A DNA stretch of 64,000 nt from an uncultured bacterium (GCA_949297275.1 CASFQR010000007.1:2627-66626); one strand, 5' to 3'. Positions 31,146-40,667 are shown, counted from the stretch's first letter. The notes: generated by a model from the letters alone, not told the origin. Made by a program: numbers and translations.

Positions 31146-32624
31146 TTACACTAATTTATTAATTTCAATTGTTGCTTCCGTGTTATTAAGCGCAGTAATA
31201 ACAAAATTATATTGGCAGGTACTTCCGTCATTAAAATGAAAATCGTTAAAGGTATTGATTCCAAACGAATCGCCTAAGGTAAATAATGTCTCATTATTAG
31301 CCTTATAACCATCTAAGAAGGTGTTTTGACCATTACTTTCTAATAAATGTAAAAGAAGATTTTCTGAAAAAGAATCGCCTAAGGTATAAGTATTATCGTG
31401 GGCAAAATATATCCGATAAGTACTTAAAGGATAAGTATTATCAGCAACATATTTAAATGGCAATAAAGTATTATTACTAATAAAACCCAACCTAGCGTCA
31501 ACATGATAAACTTTAATCCCAATTTGACTCATTAAAGCATCATTCGTCCTTCTAGCGTCTAAACTATTAAGATAATTTGGTGAATAAAATTCAATTAATA
31601 AATATTCATCAAAAGGCGTTTGATTCCAATCATCTTTTAGTAAAATTACATCACCAGTATTGGTAAATGGTCTTATTTTAATAGCAGTAGAATCGGTGAT
31701 TACTAAGGGAGTTATCCACCCTAATAGCATCTTAGAGAAAGAACTATGATCGCCTAAAGAATTATCCATCATATCCGCTCCACCAGTTGGATTATAACTT
31801 TCGCCATTTAAGTTATAGTAATCTTCTAAACCAAATAGATGGCCAACTTCATGAATAAATGTATGCGCATCGACGCGTCCAAATAAATCAGGATTCAATA
31901 AATGATAACTCGACCAAGAAAAAAGGGCTTCTTGGTTAACACTATATGCCCAAAAGACACTATCCTTAGCCTGCTCGCCTTGACTTAAAGGGGCGGAATA
32001 AACTAAATAAACTGGCACGCCATTGTCGCTGTTACCCGCAATATAAAAATCCACGAGGTTACCATATTTTTCCTCATACCAATTTAAGGCATCATGATAA
32101 ATATTTTTAATAATAGATGCGCGATTAGTCTGGCGATTAAGTTCACTCACACAATATTTTGAGCGATACCAATCACTAACAAACCCTGTTAAAGATAATT
32201 TGCCATAACTACTTTTATTGTAAAAACTCGCGACTGATTCAAATTGATTATTTTTATCATTACCAAAGAAAGCTTTTTTAATATTATCAAGTGTTTCTTC
32301 CTTGCTGCCTAAATTTGTTGCGGGATAATCATCAAAATCTACTGGAATCACTAATAATTTTTGTTCCCCTAGACTAGGTAGGGCTTGATGATAATTTTTG
32401 TTTTTTAATAATTGATAAAAATTAGTAATTGTCTGTTCTTCACCATTAACAATGTACGAATAATCTAAAAATTCACTTAATTTATAATAATTATCTGCTA
32501 TAAAACCATTATCTTCACCACTAGCATAAAAATTTTCATAAGGCACATAATGGTTATTTTTAGCGCAGGCACTTAAAGCAACAATTGTTAGAAGTGATAA
32601 AGAGATTAAATAACTTTTTTTCAT
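31146..32624 (-). CDS. Lipoprotein M6 (immune inhibitor A-like) metalloprotease
   Basis: LSAC lipobox. LLVIPVDFDD, FYNKSSYGKL, HEVGHLFGLEDYY, DMMDNSLGDH, SKMLLGWITP, EYLLIEFY. Confidence 0.85.
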   Translation of the reverse strand: MKKSYLISLSLLTIVALSACAKNNHYVPYENFYASGEDNGFIADNYYKLSEFLDYSYIVNGEEQTITNFYQLLKNKNYHQALPSLGEQKLLVIPVDFDDYPATNLGSKEETLDNIKKAFFGNDKNNQFESVASFYNKSSYGKLSLTGFVSDWYRSKYCVSELNRQTNRASIIKNIYHDALNWYEEKYGNLVDFYIAGNSDNGVPVYLVYSAPLSQGEQAKDSVFWAYSVNQEALFSWSSYHLLNPDLFGRVDAHTFIHEVGHLFGLEDYYNLNGESYNPTGGADMMDNSLGDHSSFSKMLLGWITPLVITDSTAIKIRPFTNTGDVILLKDDWNQTPFDEYLLIEFYSPNYLNSLDARRTNDALMSQIGIKVYHVDARLGFISNNTLLPFKYVADNTYPLSTYRIYFAHDNTYTLGDSFSENLLLHLLESNGQNTFLDGYKANNETLFTLGDSFGINTFNDFHFNDGSTCQYNFVITALNNTEATIEINKLV

Positions 32625-32765
32625 ATCCTAAACATATTTATATTACTCTATTTTGTCTAGCAAAGATAAAATTTAAAGAACGAAATAATTTTTTTCTTGA
32701 TTTATTAATTAAAAACGGCTTTAATCTCTAATATATTTTCTTAAAAGAAAAGGAGGAAAATAAAA

Positions 32766-35009
32766 ATGAATAAGAAATTCTTAGTCTTATTACCGGCATT
32801 AGCATTAATGCTAACGGCTTGTCCAGAAGGCGAAAGTGTTAGTTCAACTTCTTCAAGCGGTAATAGCGGAGATGTCAATGATTCAACCGGCAGCAGCGAA
32901 GGTGGCGATTCGTCAAGCGTTACCCCCGTTGATCCAATCGACTTAGAAAAAGCTCAGGCGATTGCAAACTTACAAGCGCTTTCTAACCCAGCCGTCGAAG
33001 CAAATGTCACATTGAATAATGGCGAAAAATCTAATATCTATCGAACCGTAGGAGTCATAGGTGAAGAATTAGGTTATTCGGCCGTTTATCAAGTTAGTGA
33101 TGCAGGCGAAGAACTTTATTTAGAAGAATTATATGTTAAAGAACCAGAAACTGGTTATTTAGCAAGCGAATTCTTAGGTATTGATAATACTATTCAATAT
33201 TCTCGCTATTCCTTAACTGGTAGTAATGAACCATTAATGTTTGATGATGTTATCTATGCACCATTTAGTGGTATTGATGACAATTCATCAATTTGGCACA
33301 CCGAAACTAAAACCTTAGAAGTAGTTGTCATGCTCGCGCTTGATGGTTTTGAAGCTGCTAGTTTAATCTTTATGCCAGTCTTTACCCCTACTCGCGTCAA
33401 TATTGTTTTTGATGAAGAATTAAATCCAGTCGCGATGGCTGCTACTTTAACTGAAGGGGAAATTACTTCTACTTTAGAAGGGCGATTTGTTAATGGTGAT
33501 GATGTGATTGCCACTATTGAACGCGTTCAAACGATTCCAATGGGCGAAGGAAAAGAACCATTAACGGAAATGATCAGCGCTCTCCATGATGCGAATAATT
33601 ACACCATTTCATATGGAAATACAACATCAGGTTTCAATATTTTAGTCGATAAAGAAAAAGGTGTCGTTGAACAATTTTATGAGGAAGGCGCTATTGCTCA
33701 ACAAAGTGGCACTTTCCGCGTCAACGATAGTGAATTTGTCCGTTTTAAAGGCGTTGAAGCTGATGGAACCACTGTCACCACTTCCACACCAAATTTAACC
33801 GGTGATCCGCTTGATGATTATTTTGATGATCAAACACCAAGCTTCAGCGTTTCAGCAGCTTTCTTTGATGTTGTTACTAACGAAGAAACTGAAGAAACTG
33901 TCTTCAAATTAAATTCTGCTTATGATCCTGTTACATTCTTAAGCGATTTAATTCCACTTTCTTTCTTTGCTGATCCTAGCACTGTTTTAAGTGGCTCAAT
34001 CGAGTATGATGATGGTACGGTCGAGGATGTTTCTCCAACTATTTCTGGCAATACAGAAAATGTCGTTGTAACTTTCTCTATGCTATATATGGGTGTCTAT
34101 GTTCTTCCTATCTCTATTACATTAACTAACATCGGCACGACCGTCTATCCATTTACCGCTAATAGTGAATATCAAATCCCAACTACTTGGGAAGAATTAT
34201 TCTATGATAGTTATGCAACTATTAATGAAAATTTAAGCACGGTTGGTAATGCTCATAATGAAAATGCCGTCTTAGAAAATGTCCCATTCTATTTTGATCC
34301 ATTAAATTCATGGGGCGAAGATACCTTAACAATGAATTATGGTGCCTTTACAATTTATGCCTTAATTGATAATGAGAATGATATTTTAACCTTCTATGAA
34401 GCTTATGTCGCGCTTTTAGAAGATGAGGGTTGGGAAGAAGTAACTAGCGAAGAAACCGGCATTTATATCTATGAAAACGCTACATTTGGTTTAAAAATAA
34501 CCTTGACGCTTTATTTAGATGCAGTTGAATTAACTGTGACGAATGTGGGCTTTACCTATAGTAATATGTTCTCAGATTATAGCGGATCAGGCTATACTCC
34601 TGATGTTTCTCACGAAGAATTAGTGAATTTCCCACTCTTAATGCCGGCAACAGGCATCCTTAACTGGGGAGTAGTCTCTAGTGATAACTGGGAAACATGC
34701 CAACATTTCATTCAAATTGGTCAAACCGATACATATATTAGTAGTATTGCTGCTGGTGTTGATGATGCAAATAGTGAATTCCAAGCTTTCTTAGAAGAAG
34801 AAGGTTGGACATTAAAAATTAATACCGATCCAACATATGAAGATATTAGCGAATATGTTTATAGCAAAGTCGTTGGTGATAGAACATATACAATCACTAT
34901 CACTTATCTATTTTTTGGTGGAGATACAGTTGATATCGCGGTTGTCTTAAGTGGATATGACACACCTACTTCCACCGACACTCCTAGTGAAGAAACACCG
35001 GTTGAATAG
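32766..35009 (+). CDS. Large acidic multi-domain lipoprotein
   Basis: LTAC lipobox, Ser/Gly linker, AGGAGG RBS. Repeated 'L-E-x-E-G-W' segments in the C-terminal half. Confidence 0.78.
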   Translation: MNKKFLVLLPALALMLTACPEGESVSSTSSSGNSGDVNDSTGSSEGGDSSSVTPVDPIDLEKAQAIANLQALSNPAVEANVTLNNGEKSNIYRTVGVIGEELGYSAVYQVSDAGEELYLEELYVKEPETGYLASEFLGIDNTIQYSRYSLTGSNEPLMFDDVIYAPFSGIDDNSSIWHTETKTLEVVVMLALDGFEAASLIFMPVFTPTRVNIVFDEELNPVAMAATLTEGEITSTLEGRFVNGDDVIATIERVQTIPMGEGKEPLTEMISALHDANNYTISYGNTTSGFNILVDKEKGVVEQFYEEGAIAQQSGTFRVNDSEFVRFKGVEADGTTVTTSTPNLTGDPLDDYFDDQTPSFSVSAAFFDVVTNEETEETVFKLNSAYDPVTFLSDLIPLSFFADPSTVLSGSIEYDDGTVEDVSPTISGNTENVVVTFSMLYMGVYVLPISITLTNIGTTVYPFTANSEYQIPTTWEELFYDSYATINENLSTVGNAHNENAVLENVPFYFDPLNSWGEDTLTMNYGAFTIYALIDNENDILTFYEAYVALLEDEGWEEVTSEETGIYIYENATFGLKITLTLYLDAVELTVTNVGFTYSNMFSDYSGSGYTPDVSHEELVNFPLLMPATGILNWGVVSSDNWETCQHFIQIGQTDTYISSIAAGVDDANSEFQAFLEEEGWTLKINTDPTYEDISEYVYSKVVGDRTYTITITYLFFGGDTVDIAVVLSGYDTPTSTDTPSEETPVE

Positions 35010-35036
35010 GAATCATAATCAATAATTACTAACTTA

Positions 35037-35066
35037 AAAGGGTCACGTTGTTGGCCCTTTTCTTTT
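35037..35066 (+). terminator. Terminator after the large lipoprotein
   Basis: AAAAGGGTCA-cgttgt-TGGCCCTTTT-CTTTT. Confidence 0.7.
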
Positions 35067-35134
35067 GCTAAAAAGATTAAATTAAAGTCGAACGCACAAA
35101 TGAATTAAATTATGTTTATAAACATAACTATCAA

Positions 35135-35157
35135 AAGCTGTTAAATATAGCGGGGTT
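35135..35157 (+). repeat. Dispersed ~23-bp motif, copy 1 (AAGCTGTTAAATATAGCGGGGTT)
   Basis: Matches the copy at about 35415 and both arms of the 44454 hairpin. Confidence 0.6.
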
Positions 35158-35414
35158 AAATAAAAAACTACATTATTTATTTAGCAATAACATTAAAACA
35201 AACAAAATAACCCCCTTTTGCGTAAAAAACAACGCAAAAGCTCAATATAAATAATTAAATTAGGTTGAAATAGCAGATTAAATAATTTTGGTGTTATTAA
35301 TATTGATATAAATAATATTTCTAATTTAAACAAACACATATTAGTGATTTTTTTGAAAATTAATCCATTCATAAATTAGTGAATTCATCACTTTATTTAT
35401 TATCGATATTGTAA

Positions 35415-35437
35415 AAACTGTTAAATAGAGCAGGGTT
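35415..35437 (+). repeat. Dispersed ~23-bp motif, copy 2 (AAACTGTTAAATAGAGCAGGGTT)
   Basis: Direct repeat of copy 1, 280 bp downstream. Confidence 0.6.
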
Positions 35438-35452
35438 ATTTATTAGATAAAG

Positions 35453-35482
35453 AAAAGGATCGCCCTAGAAAACGATCCTTTT
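35453..35482 (-). terminator. Terminator (bidirectional form)
   Basis: AAAAGGATCG-ccctagaaaa-CGATCCTTTT. Confidence 0.7.
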
Positions 35483-35505
35483 ACTAACAAATAATTTAAA
35501 TAAAA

Positions 35506-36657
35506 TTAACCTAACAAAGCACCTAAATTAAATAAATAAATGACATAAACATTTTCACTACTAATTAAATCATCAACCCCAATACCAAAAGTCAATGAAC
35601 TATTAACATACATGCCAAAAGATTCGTCATAACTAAAATTATTTTCGCTTAAGGATGCAATATAATTAGTCGCGACTGTTTTATCAGTTGTGTTAATTTG
35701 AATAACAAGCGCGCCCATATAAGGATATAAGGCATAGAAAAAGGCAAAAGCATCACCGCTAGCCTCAGGAATATTGTCGTTAGTAACATCATAATCAAAG
35801 AATGTTAAGGCAAGATTTAAGTCTTCACTTGGCCACGAAGAACCTATATAAGTCTTGGGTTGTAAGACAAGATATGTCACATCACTTTCATAATAAGTAA
35901 AAACATGAAGATATTCTTTAGGGCTAATAGCAAGGTAAGTTGTCATATTATCTTCAGTAGATGAAGAAGTCGTCCAACCTAGGGCCGCTAAAGAATCGTT
36001 ATATTCTTTACTGCCATCATAACCATAACCTAAGCCAATGACAAAGATGTTCATATTAGATATATAATCAAAGTATCCATATTCATCATAAGCATGGCTA
36101 GGAGTTGGTAAGGAAGTAATTTCCCCCAAAGATAAGAAGTCGGCGTAATAATTTACGCGATCATTTTCAAATGTATCATAGTGAATATAATAAAAATCAG
36201 CGACAAAATAACATAGACCACTACTAACTAAATTACCAGTTTGGTCAAAGCCATAAACATTCACCTCAATCGAGGTTAAAGCATTAACATAAATCGTTAG
36301 GGTGTAATCTAAATAATTCGCATCTTGATAAGTAACCGTAAAACCATCAATAATTAAAGATTTACGAAATTCATCAATATATTCGCTAGAAACAGTTCGC
36401 GAAGTCGTCTCATAAGAGACACAATCGTAGTCTTCATAATAATTGACTTCTGCACCGGGAACTTCATAATATGTCGGAACAAAGCCGCCTAAATGCGTGC
36501 TAAATAAATCCCTTTCTTCTTCCGTCCAATCTTTAGTAGGCTCACTGCTAATAGAGGTGGAAGAATTGACGCTACTAACATCGCTAGATGTAGGGCCAGG
36601 GCAAGATGATAAAGTTAGAGCTAATGCTGGTAAAATAAATGTTAAAATTTTTTTCAT
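35506..36657 (-). CDS. Acidic lipoprotein with repeated alpha/beta modules
   Basis: Likely start MKKILTF at 36657 (AAGGA RBS) rather than 36678. LSSC lipobox, Ser-rich linker. Confidence 0.75.
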   Translation of the reverse strand: MKKILTFILPALALTLSSCPGPTSSDVSSVNSSTSISSEPTKDWTEEERDLFSTHLGGFVPTYYEVPGAEVNYYEDYDCVSYETTSRTVSSEYIDEFRKSLIIDGFTVTYQDANYLDYTLTIYVNALTSIEVNVYGFDQTGNLVSSGLCYFVADFYYIHYDTFENDRVNYYADFLSLGEITSLPTPSHAYDEYGYFDYISNMNIFVIGLGYGYDGSKEYNDSLAALGWTTSSSTEDNMTTYLAISPKEYLHVFTYYESDVTYLVLQPKTYIGSSWPSEDLNLALTFFDYDVTNDNIPEASGDAFAFFYALYPYMGALVIQINTTDKTVATNYIASLSENNFSYDESFGMYVNSSLTFGIGVDDLISSENVYVIYLFNLGALLG

Positions 36658-36716
36658 ATTTTTCCTTTCTTTCCACAAAAAAAGAAGGATAAATCCTTCC
36701 TTTTTGTTAAATTAAA

Positions 36717-38342
36717 TTAAGCGATAGTGTTAATTTGAATGGTCGCTTCTTCGGGAGTGATAGAAACGATATCAATTGTATAACCAAAGGCTACTTTTTC
36801 ATCATTGCTATTACGCGTATGGAATAAGTAAGATTGGTAATTAGAACCTTCGCCATTAAAATTATCGCCTTGTTTAAATAGGGCTGCGTTATTAAATAAT
36901 ACGGAAGCACTATTACGGCCACCTTGTGGCAATAAGGAGATGAGATATTCATCCGGTTCAACGGTTTCAGTTTTGGTGTTAGAAGTAGCGATTTTCGTAA
37001 AGGTTGAACCACTAGTAGTCGATGAACGAATAATGCGGTTAGTGTACCCAGTAAAGACTTGGGTCTGAGTTTGTCCATTATAGTTATAAACACCTAAACG
37101 CGAATCAACATGGAGAATCTTAATGCCACTTTCAGTTGGGCAAGTTGGATAGGCTCCCCGCAAAGCAAATTGACTATCGCGTTCATTTAAACCAGTAGGA
37201 GTGTAATATTCTAAAACGAGATATTCAGCAAAATAAGTATTCTTATTTTCTTCTTCACTATCATAATAACCATAATAAGGAATAAAGATAGCGTCACCAG
37301 AACTAGCAAATGGACGAATCTTAATTTCTACTGAACCATTGACCATATAAGGCTTAACCCAACCTAAAATAGCTTTAGAATAGGCGTTATGATCACCAAC
37401 ATTATTGTCCATCATATCAACTTTACCTAAAGGAGCGATATTAGAATAAGAAGTATCATAATAGTCCCAAAGGGATAAAGCGTGACCAGTTTCATGAATT
37501 AAAGTGTGACAATCGACTTTAGCTTCACCGCTAGCGATTTGTTCAGCGGTCCAATTTTGGTGTTTACCATTTTCATCATAATAACCTTCTTCAAAGAAAG
37601 TTTGATAAGCAAAGAAGGCCCATTTACCAATATCTGGTTGTTGTTTATTGCCATCCGTGCTAGTGCCACCACAATAAGCCCAATAATAGCCATCTTCTAC
37701 ACCCATATCTTCACCATAATTAATTGGGGCCGAATAAACCATTGCTAAATAGTCGATTGAGCCATCGCCATCACTATCAAAATCTTGTAAAAGTTCATTC
37801 GCGCTTTCATAAAGAGGATTACCACTTTCATCAACGAATAAATTTTTATAATAACTAAAACTAGTTTTGATATTAGATAAGACCATGGTTGCATAAGAAA
37901 GTGGTTGGACACTTGTGGCAAAGGTATAGGCATCTAATGGTGTTTGTCGTTCAAAATCACTAAAGCCATATTGCCATGGCAAAACATAACCGCTAAAAGT
38001 TAATTTGCCATAACTACTTTCTTCATAATACGATTTTAAAGAATGCCAAATGGTATCACTCGCGTCCCCAAAGAAAGCGTTTTGCATATCTAAGCGGGCT
38101 TCTTCTTCGCTTTTACCATAAGTCTCTTCAATTTCAAAATCAGTAAATTTAATTGGAATTACTAAAACGCGCGCTTCGCCTTCTGAAGGACAATAATTTC
38201 CGACACCATAACCATCACGATTAACTTGCGAATTCGTGATATCTTCGGTTTCATATTGGAAATATTCGCCACCATTACAAGCACTTAAAATTGCCACTAA
38301 GGGAAGCATTGTTAGGATAGATAATAATTTTGTTTTCTTCAT
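36717..38342 (-). CDS. Lipoprotein M6 (immune inhibitor A-like) metalloprotease, paralog 2
   Basis: LSAC lipobox. VLVIPIKFTD, YYEESSYGKL, HETGHALSLWDYY, DMMDNNVGDH, SKAILGWVKP, EYLVLEYY. Confidence 0.85.
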   Translation of the reverse strand: MKKTKLLSILTMLPLVAILSACNGGEYFQYETEDITNSQVNRDGYGVGNYCPSEGEARVLVIPIKFTDFEIEETYGKSEEEARLDMQNAFFGDASDTIWHSLKSYYEESSYGKLTFSGYVLPWQYGFSDFERQTPLDAYTFATSVQPLSYATMVLSNIKTSFSYYKNLFVDESGNPLYESANELLQDFDSDGDGSIDYLAMVYSAPINYGEDMGVEDGYYWAYCGGTSTDGNKQQPDIGKWAFFAYQTFFEEGYYDENGKHQNWTAEQIASGEAKVDCHTLIHETGHALSLWDYYDTSYSNIAPLGKVDMMDNNVGDHNAYSKAILGWVKPYMVNGSVEIKIRPFASSGDAIFIPYYGYYDSEEENKNTYFAEYLVLEYYTPTGLNERDSQFALRGAYPTCPTESGIKILHVDSRLGVYNYNGQTQTQVFTGYTNRIIRSSTTSGSTFTKIATSNTKTETVEPDEYLISLLPQGGRNSASVLFNNAALFKQGDNFNGEGSNYQSYLFHTRNSNDEKVAFGYTIDIVSITPEEATIQINTIA

Positions 38343-38373
38343 ATCTATTTTCCTTCCTTTCTCAATAAAATAA

Positions 38374-38429
38374 TTGCAACTTGCTTAAGCAAGTAGCAAG
38401 AGTATATCGCTTATTAATTTTCTTGTCAA
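38374..38429 (-). promoter_or_regulatory. Sigma-A promoter of protease 2 with a downstream palindrome
   Basis: TTGACA (38429-38424), 17 bp, TATACT (38406-38401). Perfect palindrome ACTTGCTTAAGCAAGT at 38379-38394. Confidence 0.7.
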
Positions 38430-38518
38430 AGTTTTTGTAATTTCGTCAGATGATTTTATATTTTTCAAGTGATAATGTCTTAAGTAGTTACAAGGGAAAA
38501 TGTCCTAAAAGCACAATC

Positions 38519-38812
38519 TTAAAAAAGAAAGTTACACACATATGGGAAAAGTGATACTAACTTCCTATAAACAACAATATCAATTTCATGTTTTACTGTA
38601 CGACTGATGCCAAAAAAAGATACATTTCTTTCAAACTCGACTTTATATTCCTTAAATTCATTTCTTTTTCTTTCAAACTCGACTTTATATTCCTTAAATT
38701 CATTTCTTAAAAAGATACCGAGTTCAAACTGTAAAGAAAATTCATTATAAATTTCTATTTTTTTCTCTTTTACATTATTTAAAAAATTTTCTATTATTTC
38801 TTTAAAATCCAT
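38519..38812 (-). pseudogene. Truncated hypothetical (PD-(D/E)xK-like) gene with an internal 42-bp duplication
   Basis: IYNEFSLQFELG...VEFERN...EIDIVVY, then abrupt loss of protein-like sequence. AAGGAG RBS. Confidence 0.5.
38625..38708. repeat. Perfect 42-bp tandem duplication
   Basis: TTTCTTTCAAACTCGACTTTATATTCCTTAAATTCATTTCTT x2. Confidence 0.95.
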
Positions 38813-38869
38813 TTTAAATACTCCTTTATCATGATCGTTAACAATCTCTTCGAATTGGCAATTACGCTG

Positions 38870-39705
38870 TCACGATACATTAGTTTTTTTATCTAATATT
38901 TCCCAATACCCAGTTTTATTTGAACCTTGTCTTTTTATATAATGTTTATCTTTTAAAACTTTAATATTTTTATCAATTGATGTTTTGCCTAACTCACATT
39001 TTATCATTAATTGAGATTTAGTAATATTAGGATTATTTCTAATTTCCGCAGGACTCGTATTTGAGATTTATTGAGTAATTTATTACCCACTTTATTACCC
39101 ACTTTATTACCCACATCATTTATGCGATTAAATGGTATAGTTACTACTATCGTATCTTTATTGATGGCTATTGCTTCTTTCCCGTATTTATTAACGATTG
39201 TAGGAATTCCTCTACCTGTTTTTTCACTGATGTGTAATTGTAAAAACAACTCTGATAGTTTCTCATTTACTGGTACTGAATGTCCTTCAAAAAAACCATC
39301 AAGAGTTTGCATAGGTGGTAAAGTGCCTCTTGATAAAATTTCGATTCGATCAGAATACAAAGTAATCATTGGCTCATTTAGATGAATCCATTTGTTATGT
39401 AAAAATGCATTGATAACGGCTTCTCTATAGCATTCAAAATCAAATAGCATTATTTCCTCTCTTTCCATAATTCTATTTTTTTCGTTTGCTTGAGGAATGT
39501 TTAAAACATCACCATAATTTAAAACATCATTTAAAGAATATAAGAGACATTTATAACCAAATTCCTTTACAGAATACATTTTAGAAGCTTTTGTTTTTCC
39601 CTCAAAGATAGCTACTCGAATCGGAACATGAGAATTATCAGATAATAACTGAGCCATTATATTAAATTTGCCATCTTTCGTTAATAAATGAAGATTTTTA
39701 AAAAT
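38870..39705 (-). pseudogene. 5'-truncated, frameshifted HATPase_c_4 + wHTH protein (homolog of 11671-13031)
   Basis: Begins mid-protein at FKNLHLLTKDGKFNIMAQLLSDN. REAVINAFLHN, EKTGRGIP. VGNK x3, then a frameshift to AEIRNNPNITKSQLM...GSNKTGYWEIL. Confidence 0.82.
39079..39114. repeat. 12-bp tandem repeat TTTATTACCCAC x3 (encodes VGNK x3)
   Basis: Read directly from the sequence. Confidence 0.95.
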
Positions 39706-40255
39706 AATATTAAAATTGTATTACCGATTACATCTTTGACTTTAGTTTCTGGTGATACTTTCTTATAGGTAGCCACTCTGTTCTTAGGAGACGCGTTAGA
39801 AACGCCAATGGTTAATTTGTGTTTCATAACTTTTTCCTCCTGCGTTTTCTAAAGAAGAGCGAACACTACCCTTCTCACCATATGGAGATTTGGAAGGCGT
39901 TTTGATGGGGGTCAAAATTGAAAAAGTTACAAAATATTTTTAGGCAACAAAAAAAGACCACCTAGATCAATAAGAACCAGATGGTCATTCAATATTATTA
40001 AAAAGGATAGGGTTGCAGTTGCCGTGTTTAGGGGTGCGCAAGGGTGTGCAAAATAGGGGTTACCGTGTAATAGTGCACATCTGCCGTTTCAAAGCGAGCC
40101 TTAAAAATGATGGTTTTTCTATGAATTTTGGAAATTTTGGCTCGCACTATTACAACGGCGTAATTTTAAAAAGCGGCTATTTAAGCCTAAAATCAAAAAA
40201 AGTCTGCACACCCCTAGTCATCGACTAAGAATATATCAGACATGTTGTACGTTTA
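39690..40255 (-). mobile_element. Remnant of a prophage/integrative element at the tmRNA 3' end
   Basis: Truncated ORF from 39827, MKHKLTIGVSNASPKNRVATYKKVS (GGAGG RBS), resembles from recall a small Firmicutes prophage gene. GGGTG(C/T)GCA direct and inverted repeats at 40031-40050 and 40205-40214. Terminator at 39947-39986. Confidence 0.5.
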
Positions 40256-40651
40256 TGGTGGAGCCGATGGGTAACGCTCCCATGTCCAAGAATAGTCTCA
40301 ATAAACTTCTACAGCTTAGTCGATATTAATCATTCACTATCATGTCAGTATCGACACATCCATTGATAGCTAGATGAACAAATTTTCATTTAGAATTAAC
40401 TCATCAACTTTCCTAAACTATCTTCTTGGTATGACACATTCCTTAAGCGTGAGAAGATGAAACCTTAAGATGCGCGCTGCCCGAACCTAGTTCGGAGTCT
40501 ATGTCGACTGCTATTAAGCAGCAGCGTAACTGAAGTTCATGGTAGAACTTCGATAACTACGATTGGCAGTTATTTTTGTTTGGTTAATAATGGGCACCGC
40601 CCAGCTGCAATTTATCTAGATCAATACCCCTGTCGAAACTTTTTCGACCCC
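40256..40651 (-). ncRNA. ssrA: tmRNA; tag peptide (A)ANRSYRSSTMNFSYAAA*
   Basis: 5' GGGGTCGAAAAAGTTTCGACAGGG, 3' CGGCTCCACCA with G3.U70. Resume context AATAACT-GCC. Tag ORF 40567-40514 ends YAAA TAA TAG. Promoter TTGAAA-17-TATAAT upstream. Confidence 0.95.
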
Positions 40652-40667
40652 AGGTGCGGTTATTATA

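Noticed and set aside
40013..40228. 71-aa + strand ORF (MQLPCLG...)
   Set aside because: Lies over the repeat-bearing element-end region and has no recognisable motif; probably non-coding.
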